In this document: positions 49,946-61,048 of the stretch, one piece after another
Numbering within the stretch: the first letter of the stretch is position 1
Layout: every line of letters starts with the position of its first letter
NCBI GenBank assembly: GCA_963726715.1
Contig: CAVSDF010000010.1
Span: 682,212-746,211, forward strand
Direction of reading: 5' to 3'
Origin: Rhodothermales bacterium
GTDB lineage: Bacteria > Bacteroidota > Rhodothermia > Rhodothermales > BA12
DNA length: 64,000 nt
Position numbers and translations under genes: made by a program
Notes under the pieces: model-generated
What the model was told of the DNA's origin: nothing
Seen by the model: only the letters and a program-made list of their open reading frames with translations
Database searches by the model: none

Positions 49946-50444
49946 TTGATGTACCGTCGGCTCACCCTCCACACTGACCACAATCGATACGAAGTTGAAC
50001 AGCGCCTGCTTGCTTCCGTGGATGCCTCGGATGGGCTTTGGGCTGAACTGGCGTCCGAGTTCGCAGGCAAGGCCCCACGCTATGCCGCCACTTCGGTGAC
50101 GTACTACACGTTCGAGCTTGAGCCTATTGTCGAAGGACGGCGTGAGGGAGCGCCCGCGTTCATTCGAGGGGAGTACGCGTCCGACTGACACCGGCACAGC
50201 CGTACATCTGCGGGTGCTACTGAAACCAGTTTACACCGTGATGAGCCTCTGTGTGCTGCTAGTCGCCGGGGCGTGGCTTGTCCTTTCACTTCGTGCTGGA
50301 GACATCTCGTGGCTCTTGGCGGTGCCTCTGCTGGGCGTCTTCCTTGCAATTGTCGTTCCTCGGTCGATCCTATCGGGGGAATCCGATTCGGCATCAGCAT
50401 TCGTCTGCAAAGCATTGAGGTTCGACCCCAGCAGAGCTGTGTAA
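49946..50444 (+). pseudogene. orphan protein in a lower-GC islet: soluble N-domain plus two TM helices, possibly one gene split by a 1-nt frame change
   Basis: ORF 49946..50188 ends ..GEYASD-TGA. The next frame continues DTGTAVHLRVLLKPVYTVMSLCVLLVAGAWLVL..LLAVPLLGVFLAIVV.. to 50444. The junction reads gac t gac acc at 50186. They could equally be two separate small genes. Confidence 0.35.
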
Positions 50445-50451
50445 CCCATCA

Positions 50452-51232
<781 letters not shown>

Positions 51233-51263
51233 TGCGGTCGGGGATGCGGTGGAGTGGCGAAGG

Positions 51264-52668
51264 TCAGCGCGTGGCCGCAGGCGCGGATGCGGCGGCGATG
51301 GGCGGCGCGGCGCTTCCGAGCAGGCGGCGGGCGTCGAGCAGGACGCGCTCGACGGGCGTGGCGACGTACTTCGCCACGATCTTGCCGTCGGCGCCGACGA
51401 GGTAGTACGTGTCGGGCACGCGCACGTTGTAGGCCTCGGCAAGCACGCCCTCGCTGCGCGCGATGACCGTCGAGGCAGGCGCCCGGACGTCGCGGAGGAG
51501 GCGGTGCATGGCCGCCGAGTCGGGCGCAACGACGACCGGGATCATCGGCATCATCGGCCCGAGGAGGTCACGCGCGGCGGCGACGCGGGCGGTGAGCGAG
51601 GCGACGAGATCGGCGTCGGGGCCGTGGAAGGCGAGCAGGTACGGCCGCCCGGCGAGCGTGGCCGTGGCGACGGTCGGTGCCGCCGAGGGTGCGCGTGGCG
51701 AAGGCGGGGGCGGGCTTGCCGGGGAGGAGCGTGCGGGCTTCGTAGGCGGCGCGCTCGGCCCACCGTGCCCACGGCGTGCCCGCGTGGTCGCGGCGGAGGC
51801 GGTCGGCGGCGGCGGCGGCGTCCTCGCCGCGCGCGCTGTCGAGGTAGGCCGTCACGAGCGACGCCTGGATCTGCGCCTTCGTGTCGGCGCGGGGCGCGGC
51901 GGCGGCCATCGTTTCGAGGAGCGTCACGGCGGCGGGGAGGCCGCGCAGGCGGGCCTCGGCGCGGCGCGCGGCCTCGGCGGTCTCGGCGTACCCGGCCTCC
52001 GTCGGCGCGACGGCGCGGGCGTGGGCGACGGCCAGGCTGTCGTTCTGCCCGACGAGGAGCGCGACGGCTTCGGCGCTCGCCATCTCCGACGCGACCGTGC
52101 CCGCGTACGTCTCGCGCAGGCTCCACAGGACCGTCGCCGTTTGGAGGGCGGCCATCCGGAAGCGGTCCTCGGCGCCCGTCCCGGCGGCGATGGCCGCGCG
52201 GACAGCGCTCGCCCGTGCCGCGCGGGCGTTGCGGTAGCCCGTCCATGCGTCGTTCTCGCGCGAGCGGATGCGCAGGTAGCGCTGGCCGAGCGGCATCCGG
52301 ACGTCGAGGCGCGCGCTGTCGCCGTCGACGACGACGAGATCGGCGATGCGGAGCACTTGTCCGTTGCGCTCGACGAGGAGCGGATAGACGCCGCGCGCAG
52401 GCGCTGTCACCTGCATCGAGTACGCGCCGCTCGCGTCGGCCATCGCGTACCCGAGCGTGTCGATGCCGTCGGCGTCCTCATGCCCGACGATGAGTTCGTA
52501 CGGCCCGGCGAGCGAGTCGGGGGCGGTGATGGTGCCCGAGAGGCGGCTCGTGACGCGCACCGGCGCATCGTCGGCCCCGCTGCGGCACCCGCCGACGCTG
52601 GCGGCAACGAGGGCGCTGAGGACGAGCGCGCGGACGGCGCGAAGGGCAGCAGAGGGACGGACGAGCAT
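51264..52668 (-). pseudogene. thioredoxin-fold (TlpA/AhpC-TSA-like) lipoprotein with a long N-terminal domain, frame-disrupted
   Basis: The ATG at 52668 gives MLVRPSAALRAVRALVLSALVAASVGGC (lipobox). The body is ORF 51568..52794. The C-terminal Trx-like part (..LLPGKPAPAF.. then VATATLAGRPYLLAFHG..YNVRVPDTYYLVGADGKIV) continues in ORF 51264..51554. The junction is at about 51668-51676. Length 1405 nt is 1 mod 3. No CxxC motif is seen. Confidence 0.6.
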
Positions 52669-52861
52669 CGGCGGAGCGCGGCGGAACGCAGACGGCCGCA
52701 GGGCACGTCCGGTCCGGGTGGGAGGGGCGCCGAAGATAGCCCCGCCGCGCATCCTGCCCCCGGACGCTGCCGCCCGGCGACGCCGTCTCCGCACCGAATT
52801 GCCCCGAGCACGGCTTCAACGGACGCCCGGCGCTCCGCCCGCCGCGACGCTCAGGCCACGC

Positions 52862-53105
52862 TCACGGAGTCGATCCGTCGGGGCGCGCGGTGTCGGCGTT
52901 GAAGCCCTTTCCCTCGGCATCGGCGTCGCGGGCGGCGTCCTTGTCGATCGTGATGCGCCCGGCGTCCTCCGCCTGATCCGGCCCGCCGACGGGGTCCTGC
53001 CCCATCCCCGACTCGCGCTCGGGCGGGGAGATGTGCTCGGGCGGGTCGAGGTTGACGGGGAGGGGGAACGGCGTCGTTCTCGGTCGAGGGGGTCAGGCGG
53101 TCCAT
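52862..53105 (-). pseudogene. small acidic hypothetical protein, possibly frame-disrupted
   Basis: ATG at 53105 gives MDRLTPSTENDAVPPP. A frame change in a C-run at about 53055-53065 follows, then VNLDPPEHISPPERESGMGQDPVGGPDQAEDAGRITIDKDAARDADAEGKGFNADTARPDGSTP*. This is a weak call. Confidence 0.3.
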
Positions 53106-53286
53106 CGGGATCGGGGGTGTGAATCGGGTTCTCCGTCCGCACGCCCGGCGCCCGGCGCGGTGCCCCGAGGCGCCGTAACGAAGCCGTCGGTGTTGCGCGG
53201 ACGGTGGGGAGAGCCTACACTTCCACACCCTCTGCACGCTGCCGTCCGCCCGCGGCAGTTCGTTCCTCGGCATCACCTTCATAGCT

Positions 53287-53663
53287 ATGCTCGTCTCTCC
53301 CATTCCGGCGCTGTCATCACCAAGATTCCGCACGTCGCCAATTTCCGTGCGTGGCGCAAGGGTCTCACAGACGCACAGTACGAGGCGATTGCAGACGAAC
53401 TCGACCGGCGCATCGACGGGAACGAGGTGCACACGTCGAGTTGGATGCCGGGCTCGGACTGGACCGGCACCGTCTTCTACCCGATTTACGAGGACGCCTG
53501 CCACCGCGATCAATCCGCAGCAGCGCGCTTCTTCGGCCTGATTCTCTGGGACGTCATGATGCGCCGTCCGGAGACATGGGCGTTCGGGCGCTACGAGGCG
53601 AACGGGGCATCCATCGAAGGGCTCACATATTTTCGCGTTGACCGCCCGGCGGCCTCGGCCTGA
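53287..53663 (+). CDS. hypothetical protein in a lower-GC islet (start uncertain)
   Basis: The coding-like part of ORF 53031..53663 reads ITKIPHVANFRAWRKGLTDAQYEAIADELDRRIDGNEVHTSSWMPGSDWTGTVFYPIYEDACHRDQSAAARFFGLILWDV... The nearest ATG (53287) is in another frame, so either a non-canonical start or another 1-nt frame problem applies. Confidence 0.4.
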
Positions 53664-53727
53664 CGCGACCGCCGCCCGCGCGGCGCCCGACGCACCGGAG
53701 TTCTCATAACACCCATACGCCTCCTCG

Positions 53728-54873
53728 TCACCACGCCCGGTACTCGCCGACCGCAGGGGCCGGGCGGGAGATGAGGGCGATGTACTCGCGGCCCTTCTGC
53801 GAGAGCTGGTAGTCGTCGCCGCGGCGCGTGAGGTAGCCGTTGACGGGCGCGCTCTGGTAGCGGACGAGCGGCGAGACCTGCATCACGAACGGCGTGCCCG
53901 TGCCGACATCGCGGGCGCTGACGCGGAGCGGGAAGCCGGCGCCGGTGAAGGAGATCTCGTACGACGGCGGCGGCGCCGCACCGCGCCGCGCCTCGGGCAT
54001 CAGCCACGGGTAGCGCTGCACGAGGTCGAGCACCGCGCCGCCCGGCACGGCGACGGAGAACGCCACCGCCTGATGGTCGGCGAGGTACTCGCCGAGGTCG
54101 AGGCGAGGGTCGGAGGCGAGGGCGCGGTAGAGGCCGACGATGTCGAAGGCGGCGAGGTTTTGCCCGTTCCAGCGCCCGTGCTCGTTGACGCTGCGCGGGC
54201 GGTACATCCCGAACCACTCGTCGAAGCCTTCGCTCAGGAGGACGTTGAACTCGACGTGTACATGCGCCCGCCGCCGGTCGATGCCGGTGCCGGTGTAGCC
54301 GAGGCGTCCGATGGGCGCGCCGCGCCGCAGGTACTGGCTCGGGTAGACGAAGGGCGCGTCGAGGTGGGCGTAGAGCGCGTAGTACAGGCTCCCCTGCCAC
54401 CGGTGCTCGACGACGACGTAACGCCCATAGTTCGAGGCCCGCGCGTCGCTGTTGACGAACACGACCCGCCCATCGTCGACGCTGACGACGGTGTCGAGCG
54501 GTTCGCCGCGGTCGTCGCGGTAGAGCGGGCGCACGTCCATCCCCTCGTGAAAGCGCGTGTGGACGAGGCCCGACGAGGTGCGGACCGCGTTGCGCACGAA
54601 CCCGTACGCGCCGCCCTGCCACGGCTCTTCGCGGAGGCCGTCGTCGGGTTTGTCGGTCGGCACGAAATAGCCCGCCGGATTGCCGAAGAGCGCGCGGTTC
54701 GACGTCGGCAGAAGGAGCCCGAGGCGCTGCACCGGCTGCGCGCGGCTGCAACTCACCACGACGCAGGCCAGCAGGCACCCGGCCACGCCCCGCAGCGCGC
54801 GCGTCAGGCGCGGCCCGAGACGTCGCCCGCCGCGCACCGGGCGCCCTCCAATCAAACAGCGTACGTTTTCCAT
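53728..54873 (-). CDS. M23 family metallopeptidase
   Basis: ATG at 54873 (MENVRCLIGG...) with an N-terminal hydrophobic anchor. Motifs: HEGMDV (HxxxD), NYGRYVVVEH and AHVHVEF (HxH). Confidence 0.8.
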   Translation of the reverse strand: MENVRCLIGGRPVRGGRRLGPRLTRALRGVAGCLLACVVVSCSRAQPVQRLGLLLPTSNRALFGNPAGYFVPTDKPDDGLREEPWQGGAYGFVRNAVRTSSGLVHTRFHEGMDVRPLYRDDRGEPLDTVVSVDDGRVVFVNSDARASNYGRYVVVEHRWQGSLYYALYAHLDAPFVYPSQYLRRGAPIGRLGYTGTGIDRRRAHVHVEFNVLLSEGFDEWFGMYRPRSVNEHGRWNGQNLAAFDIVGLYRALASDPRLDLGEYLADHQAVAFSVAVPGGAVLDLVQRYPWLMPEARRGAAPPPSYEISFTGAGFPLRVSARDVGTGTPFVMQVSPLVRYQSAPVNGYLTRRGDDYQLSQKGREYIALISRPAPAVGEYRAW

Positions 54874-54884
54874 CACCCCTCTCG

Positions 54885-55316
54885 TCACCGCTCGACCGTG
54901 GCTTCGCGCAGGCGGTAGTACATCCCCATCGGGTCGTCGGCGAGCAGTTCGAGCGTGCCGACGAGCGTGACCGGGTCGTAGGAGAAGTCGGCGGAACGGG
55001 TCGCGCGGACCTCGATCATCGACTCTGGCCCGCCGGGCATGCAGTAGAAGCAGTTGGCGACCGGGGCGGCGCTGAGCACGAAGTGCTGCTGGGCGCCGCT
55101 GCCTTCGCTCAGCGGAAGCATGAAGCCCTGCACGCGCACGCGCTGGCCGTTGAGGCGCTGCACGGTCGGCTCGAAGCGCGGCTCGAAGCGGGCGCCGTCG
55201 CGCACGAGACGGACCTGCGCGAGCGTCTCCCACGAGACCATCGACTGGGCGGTGGCGGGCGCCGCGGCGGCCAGGACGGCGGCGCCGAGGGCGAGGGAGG
55301 TGAGCGAGCGGAGCAT
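54885..55316 (-). CDS. DUF3299-like periplasmic protein
   Basis: ATG at 55316 with the signal MLRSLTSLALGAAVLAAAAPATAQS. The pattern VRVQGFMLPL...HFVLSAAPVANCFYCMPGGPESMIEV matches my recollection of DUF3299. Confidence 0.6.
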   Translation of the reverse strand: MLRSLTSLALGAAVLAAAAPATAQSMVSWETLAQVRLVRDGARFEPRFEPTVQRLNGQRVRVQGFMLPLSEGSGAQQHFVLSAAPVANCFYCMPGGPESMIEVRATRSADFSYDPVTLVGTLELLADDPMGMYYRLREATVER

Positions 55317-56011
55317 GGGAGTCGGGTGGGTCTGCGAGGACAGCAACGCCGTCTGAACGCCCCTTCGTACCTCGCCCGTTCCCCCACCGCCCGTTCGGCG
55401 GCGCAGCGTTGGCGATTGTGGCGCCGTTCGTACGTACGCGTTAGTGTGCCTCGTCGAAGCGCACACGTCACCTGGCCTCCGCCCTGCCGCGCTACCCTGT
55501 CAGGGTCCCTGATGCTGAGGACCCGTTTATCGAGTTCGTCATCCCCGCGAACCGAGGGTCCGCGGAGCGGAACGTGGGGACCCCATGTGCAGAACGCTGC
55601 GTGTGACCCGCTCTGGATTCCCGCTTTCGCGGGAAAGACGGATCTGGGAAGGCGTTGGCGCTACTTCACAAGCAGTTTCTGAGCGCTCTCGAACAGCGGC
55701 GCGTTGCGAGCGAAGCGTGGCAATCTGGGCGTCACGAGCGCTGCCAGGTCACGCACAGACTGACCGGACTGCCACGTCGCTTCGCGCCTGGCAAGGACAC
55801 GCGGAGGGATTCGAGTCAGAAGCGACCGGCCCCGGCGTTGAAGGGGCCAGCGGACGACCGCAGGGCGGACCCTGTCGCGCCGGGGGACCTGACAGGGGGG
55901 CGGCCCTCCTCGCCATTCACAATCCACAGCCGCGCGGGATCGCGGGTGCGGGGGGCGGCGTGAGACGCGGTTTCCGGCGGATTCGCCCGACTCTATCCCC
56001 CTGCGTCTCCT

Positions 56012-57148
56012 ATGCTGATCGACACGCCCGCCGAGCTTTCCGATGTCGTCGACCGCCTGCGCGGCGAGGCCCGCGTGGCCGTCGATACCGAGTTCTTCTG
56101 GGAGCGGACGTTCTACCCGCGACTGGGACTCGTGCAACTCGGCACGGCGGCAGGCGAGACGTTCCTCGTCGATCCCCTCGCGCTCGACCTCGCGCCGCTC
56201 GGGCGCCTGATGGCCGACCCGAACGTGCAGAAGGTGCTCCACGACGCCGGGCAGGACCTCACGATCCTCCGCCGCGCCACCGGAGTCGTCGCCGAGAACA
56301 TCCTCGACACGCGCCTCGCCTCCGGGTTCGCGGGCCTCTCGTCGACGCTCTCGCTGCGCCGCGTGCTCGTCGAGACCGTCGGCGTGTCGCTCGCCAAGAC
56401 CGAGAGCCGGTCCGACTGGCTGCGCCGCCCGCTCTCCGACGCGCAGATCGCCTACGCCCACGACGACGTCCGCTACCTCGTGCCCGCCGCCGAGGAACTG
56501 CTGCGCCGCATCGAGGCCGCCGGGCGCCTCGCGTGGCTGTCGGAGGAACTGGCGGTGCTCGACGTTCCCGACACGACCGGCGAGTCGGACCCCGAAACCG
56601 CGTACGCGCGCCTCAAAGGCCAGGGCCGGTTGCATCCGAAGGAGCGCGCCGTCCTGAAGCGCCTCGCCGCGTGGCGCGAGCACGAGGCGCGGACGCGCGA
56701 CCAGCCGCGCGGGCACGTCGTGAGCGACGATGCGCTCGTCGCGGTGGCGCAGCGCAAGGTGCAGGACGCCTCCGGCGCCGAGCGCGCGGGCGTGCCGAAG
56801 CGCCACATCGCCGCCGTGATCGAGGCGGTGAAGGCCGGACTGAACGACGAGCCGATCCGCGTCGCCGAGCCGCCGCCCGAAGACGAGACGCTCGGCGCGC
56901 GCGTCGACCTGCTCTTCGCCTTCGTCAAGGGCCGCGGCGTCGCCGACGGCGTCGACCCGGCGCTCGTCGCCAACCGCGCCGACATCGTCGCCCTCGCCGC
57001 CGACCGCGCGCCCTCGGCCGAGACGCACGAGATTCTCGCCGGATGGCGCGGCGTCTTCGTCGGCGCCGACCTCGTGCGCCTGCTCCGCGGCGAGATCCGC
57101 CTCCGCCTCGACCCCGAACGCGGCCTGCCGGTCGTCGAGGAGGCGTGA
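56012..57148 (+). CDS. rnd: ribonuclease D
   Basis: Intact 378-aa ORF. DEDD 3'-5' exonuclease motifs are present (VAVDTEF, KVLHDAGQDL, YAHDDVRYL), followed by HRDC-like regions (RAVLKRLAAWRE). Confidence 0.85.
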   Translation: MLIDTPAELSDVVDRLRGEARVAVDTEFFWERTFYPRLGLVQLGTAAGETFLVDPLALDLAPLGRLMADPNVQKVLHDAGQDLTILRRATGVVAENILDTRLASGFAGLSSTLSLRRVLVETVGVSLAKTESRSDWLRRPLSDAQIAYAHDDVRYLVPAAEELLRRIEAAGRLAWLSEELAVLDVPDTTGESDPETAYARLKGQGRLHPKERAVLKRLAAWREHEARTRDQPRGHVVSDDALVAVAQRKVQDASGAERAGVPKRHIAAVIEAVKAGLNDEPIRVAEPPPEDETLGARVDLLFAFVKGRGVADGVDPALVANRADIVALAADRAPSAETHEILAGWRGVFVGADLVRLLRGEIRLRLDPERGLPVVEEA

Positions 57149-57226
57149 GGCGGCGTGGCAATCAACAGAGCAGACGTGTCACGCTCTCCCGAGGACCAAC
57201 CGGAAGAAGCATGCTGTTAGGTCACT

Positions 57227-57637
57227 TCATCCTCTGCAGTGGAGTGATTTGTGGTCCACATACCATGCAGTCGCCCATACGAACAGGGACATGATCACAG
57301 AGATAATGCAGCACAGGACCCACACGAAGGCATACCCGATACCGATACCGATACTCGGATCGTAGTCCAAGAAAACGGGGATGACGACCATCATGTAGAT
57401 GGTCGTTGCGACGCCCACCGTCCAGGCGAGCCTCACGGGCATTTTGCGCGCGAAGTATGCCTCGCAAAATCCGATGGCACCCCAGACAATGAGTACAGGA
57501 ATAGTCGCCAACCCTCCCAGCCCGCTGTCCTCCGTGCCCGACGACGGAACGGCACCAAACCGATGTGGCCATTCGCCGACGACGATGAGAACGACGACGG
57601 CGATACCGAGAGCGATGTGAAGCGAGCGAGTGAGCAT
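57227..57637 (-). CDS. orphan small integral membrane protein (about 4 TM) in a lower-GC islet
   Basis: Intact 136-aa ORF with four hydrophobic stretches. Its A/T content is clearly higher than the flanking DNA. I recognise no family. Confidence 0.5.
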   Translation of the reverse strand: MLTRSLHIALGIAVVVLIVVGEWPHRFGAVPSSGTEDSGLGGLATIPVLIVWGAIGFCEAYFARKMPVRLAWTVGVATTIYMMVVIPVFLDYDPSIGIGIGYAFVWVLCCIISVIMSLFVWATAWYVDHKSLHCRG

Positions 57638-57730
57638 CAGTGCAGAAGCGGTCGGATGAGTTCTGAAGTTCGTTGAAGGCAGCCCCCCCTTCGCCGGCGC
57701 CCTTGGCCGAGCGTCCTGACCTATTGGCTG

Positions 57731-58534
57731 TCAGCGGGCGACCGGCGCGTCCACGCGAGATGCATCGCCGAACGCGCCCGTGCGCAGGAAGGCGGCGGTG
57801 AGGCGCTGGACCTCGCGCGAGCGCATCAGCCACGTGTGCGTGCCGCGGACGACGCGGTGCGCCCGGACGCCGTCGAGGCGCGTTTCGGTGACCCAGACCT
57901 TGCCGTCGGCGTCGCCCGCGAGGATGGCGACCTCGACGCTGTCGGGCGGCGCGGGCAGGGCGGCGACGGTGCCGCCGCGGGCGGTCGTGCGGAGCTGGCG
58001 CATCGGCGTCTGCCAGCGCCCGAGCGTCGCGGCGTAGCGGTCGGCGGCGTGCGATCCCTGGTTCGGCGGGGCGATGAGGACGACGCGTCCGACGTTCGCG
58101 GGCGGGTCGTGGGCGAGCATCCAGCGGATGGCGATCGCGCCGAGGCTGTGGCCGACGAGGTGGACGCGCGGCGCCGCCTGCCGGTCCGTCTCGGCGCGCA
58201 CCGCCCGCGCCACGTCGGCCCCGGCGCTCTCGATCGTCGCCCCGCGCGTCGAGCGGTAGCCGACGGTGAGCGTCCGGAATCCCGCCTGCCGCAGCGCCCG
58301 CGCGAGCGGTGCCATCGACGCGCGCGTGCGGCCCATCCCGTGGACGAGCACGACGAGATCGGCACCGTCGGGCGGTGGCGGGGGCGTGCGGACGGGGGCG
58401 ACGGCGGCGGCGATGCACCCGGCGGTGGCGGCGGCGAGGAGGACGACGGCGAGCGCGGCGGATCGTGACGTGAGGCATTCTGGCGGCGGGGGAGTCGGTG
58501 CGGTTCCAACGGCCCCGGCCCTGCGCGGGTGCAT
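57731..58534 (-). CDS. alpha/beta hydrolase (lipase/esterase-like), probable lipoprotein
   Basis: ATG at 58534. AVVLLAAATAGC is a lipobox. Motifs: LVVLVHGMG, nucleophile elbow VGHSLGA, LIAPPNQGS. Confidence 0.75.
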   Translation of the reverse strand: MHPRRAGAVGTAPTPPPPECLTSRSAALAVVLLAAATAGCIAAAVAPVRTPPPPPDGADLVVLVHGMGRTRASMAPLARALRQAGFRTLTVGYRSTRGATIESAGADVARAVRAETDRQAAPRVHLVGHSLGAIAIRWMLAHDPPANVGRVVLIAPPNQGSHAADRYAATLGRWQTPMRQLRTTARGGTVAALPAPPDSVEVAILAGDADGKVWVTETRLDGVRAHRVVRGTHTWLMRSREVQRLTAAFLRTGAFGDASRVDAPVAR

Positions 58535-58744
58535 CGGCGGCGGCGGTGGATGCGCCACGCGCGGTGCCCGTTGCGACGGGGATGCGCGGGCGGGCGATGC
58601 GGCGGTCTGGAAGCCTGTCAGGTGCGGGGGCCTGACAGCTTGGCCTCCTTCTCTCTCCGCACTCCGCACCCGCCACCCGGTGCGCCCGCACGTCTCCCGC
58701 TGCTCCCCGCTGCCGTCCTACCTTCCTCCATCCCGCCCCGCCCG

Positions 58745-59248
58745 ATGCCCCCTGCCCCGTTCCGCGCCGAAATCACCCGCACCGACGATGCGTTCATGCA
58801 GATGCACGCCGTCGTCGTGCCGCCCGACGTGGCGGCGGCGGTGCTCGGCGCCGGGTCGCGGCGCGTGCTCGTGACCATCGCGGGCGAGACGCTGCGGCGC
58901 GCCCTGCAAACGCGGATCGACGAGGACGGCGGGCGCAGCCACCTCGTGATGATCAGCGCCGCCGTGCTGCACGACTTCGGGTTGCGGGAGGGCGTCTTCC
59001 TGACGCTATCCGTCGCACCCGATCCCGACCCCGACCGCATCGACATCCCCGACGAACTCCTCGTCGCGCTCGACCTCGACCCCGAGGCCTCCGCGCGCTT
59101 CGAGACCTTCACGCCCGGTCGTCAGCGCTCGATGGCGCACTACGTCTCGTCGGCCAAGCGCCCCGAGACGCGGGAGAAACGTGCCCTCGACCTCGCCACC
59201 AAACTCCGCACGTACACCCTCTACGGCGACACCCGCACGGGCGGCTGA
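58745..59248 (+). CDS. DUF1905 / YdeI (OmpD-associated) family protein
   Basis: ATG at 58745. The N-terminal DUF1905-like domain has (AVVVPPDVAAAVLGAGSRRVLVTIAGE). The C-terminal YdeI-like motif is FETFTPGRQRSMAHYVSSAKRPETREKR. Confidence 0.65.
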   Translation: MPPAPFRAEITRTDDAFMQMHAVVVPPDVAAAVLGAGSRRVLVTIAGETLRRALQTRIDEDGGRSHLVMISAAVLHDFGLREGVFLTLSVAPDPDPDRIDIPDELLVALDLDPEASARFETFTPGRQRSMAHYVSSAKRPETREKRALDLATKLRTYTLYGDTRTGG

Positions 59249-59301
59249 GAGGGCATCGGCGCCCCGGTCGAGCATCTGCCGGTTGGGCACCCGTCGGACT
59301 C

Positions 59302-59485
59302 GTAGGGGAGGTGCTCGCACGTCCCGGCCCGGCCTCCGATACCCGTCGCAGCGAATGCCTCGCCGCAACGGATCGGCAACGGACACCCCATCGTGGCCGG
59401 TCCACCGGGGACGGCGGGACGGGTGGCGGGGCGCACGCCCGGTTCGTCAGCGCAACGGGACGGGACGTGCGAGCACGTCCCCTAC
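59302..59485. repeat. MITE-like element with hairpin termini GTAGGGGAGGTGC..GCACGTCCCCTAC (related to 35287..35409)
   Basis: The left terminus is 59302-59325 and the right terminus 59458-59485. Part of the interior resembles the reverse complement of the 35.3-kb copy (TTGCCGAT-CGT-GCG block). The right terminus overlaps the exbD stop codon. Confidence 0.6.
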
Positions 59486-59927
59486 TGCTCCTCTGCCTCG
59501 ACGCCGAGCACGGCGCGGCCGCCGACCTGCCGGACGGCGGAGAGGATGCGGACGACGTTGCCGTGGCGCGCGGCGGTGTCGGCGCGGACGACGACGGGGA
59601 CGGGCGCGCGCAGCGAGTCGGCGACGAGCGAGTCGCCGGAGAGGGCGCTCTGGCGGGCGAGGAGCGGGCCGAGGCGGAAGACGAGCGAGTCGAACGGCAC
59701 CTCGGCATCCTCGATGTAGAGGCGGCGCGCGCCGTCGAGCGAGACGGTGATCGCCTCGGGGGCGCCTCGTCGGGCGTCGCGGCGTCGGGCACGGCGACCG
59801 GCAGCGAGCGCGAGACGAGCGCGGGCGTCGCCACCATGAAGACGAGCAGGAGCACGAAGACGACGTCGGTGAGCGGCGTGATGTTGATCTCGCTCAGCTC
59901 GCGGTCCTCAAACGAAGTTCGGCGCAT
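59482..59927 (-). pseudogene. exbD: biopolymer transport protein ExbD/TolR, frame-disrupted
   Basis: The N-terminus is in ORF 59109..59927 (ELSEINITPLTDVVFVLLLVFMV). The C-terminus is in ORF 59482..59700 (..VVVRADTAARHGNVVRILSAVRQVG..). The junction lies in a G/C homopolymer at about 59757-59761. Length 446 nt is 2 mod 3. Confidence 0.8.
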
Positions 59928-60633
59928 GGGGGGCAGGCGAGGCGGTGGGAGCGGCAGACATCGCCGCCGCCGACGGGCGCGCGGACGGCATCCGGGCGTC
60001 GAGTTCGGCGCAGAGGACCGCGATGCCCTGCTCGCCGATCATCCGCTCGCGGCGCAAACGGCGCGAGAGCAGGTTGTAGAAGACGACCGCCGGCACGGCG
60101 ACGATGAGGCCCGCCGCCGTCGCCACGAGCGACTCTGCGATGCCCGCCATCACCGGCGCGAGGCCGCCCGCGCCCGCCACGCTGCCGTCGGCGCCGAGGG
60201 CATCGAAGGCGCGGATGACGCCGACGACGGTGCCGAAGAGGCCGATGAACGGGGCGACGCTCGCGAGCGTGGCGAACCAGCCGAGGCCGCGCTCCTGCCG
60301 CATCGTTTCGCGGTCGAGCCGGGCGAGCGACGCCTCCCGGAGTCCGGCCCCGGCGGCGCCGCGCCATTCGAGGACGCTCCGGAAGACGCGCGCGAGCGGC
60401 ACCACCGACGCGTCGGCGCCCGAGGCGGCGTCGAGGGCCGCGCGGAAGTCGCCGCGCGAGGCCGCCTCCTGCACCCGGTCGGCCAGCCGCTCCGACGCCT
60501 TCCCGCCGACGCCGCGGAGTTCGTAGAGCTTGACGAGGGCGAGGGCGAGCGAGGCGACCGAGAGCGCGAGCAGCAGCCACGTGGCGACGCCGCCCTGCTC
60601 GATGAGGCCGAGGAACGAGGTGGAAGGAAGCAT
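59908..60633 (-). CDS. exbB: MotA/TolQ/ExbB proton-channel protein
   Basis: ATG at 60633. It has three TM segments and the motifs LASVAPFIGLFGTVVGVIRAF and GIAESLVATAAGLIVAVPAVVFYN. It overlaps exbD by 20 nt. Confidence 0.85.
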   Translation of the reverse strand: MLPSTSFLGLIEQGGVATWLLLALSVASLALALVKLYELRGVGGKASERLADRVQEAASRGDFRAALDAASGADASVVPLARVFRSVLEWRGAAGAGLREASLARLDRETMRQERGLGWFATLASVAPFIGLFGTVVGVIRAFDALGADGSVAGAGGLAPVMAGIAESLVATAAGLIVAVPAVVFYNLLSRRLRRERMIGEQGIAVLCAELDARMPSARPSAAAMSAAPTASPAPHAPNFV

Positions 60634-60796
60634 CGGCAGAAACGAGGGATCGGAAGGTCGGATCGGAGAGGCGGCAGCGCCCCGCGGCCAAGATCGGGAC
60701 GCTGCCCCGCCCAACGCACCCGCCCCCGGCGAATCGTGCGCGCGAACCCGGCATCTCTACCGATTCCGTCGTCGGGCGACGGGCGCGAGCTTGCCG

Positions 60797-60970
60797 CGAT
60801 GCGACCAACCCAATCCCTCCCTTCGAGGAACCGAAGGTCCGCGCAGCGGAAGGTGGCCTGAAAGGCCGGAGGGTGTGGGGCGGCCCAACCATCTGTGGCC
60901 TCTGAACCGCCCCACACCCCCACCCCGCCGATGGCGGGGAGCCCCTCGCAGGGGGCGGTGGGTTCGTCCG
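60797..60970 (+). repeat. about 170-bp structured intergenic repeat, copy 2
   Basis: See 41473..41640. It has the same orientation and the same position: between the stop of one minus-strand gene and the start of the next. Confidence 0.75.
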
Positions 60971-61048
60971 CATCTCCCGCTCCCGTCCCCCTGCTTCACT
61001 GCCCTCAATCCCCACGCGCCACCCCACCAACTCACCATCCCACTCCCA

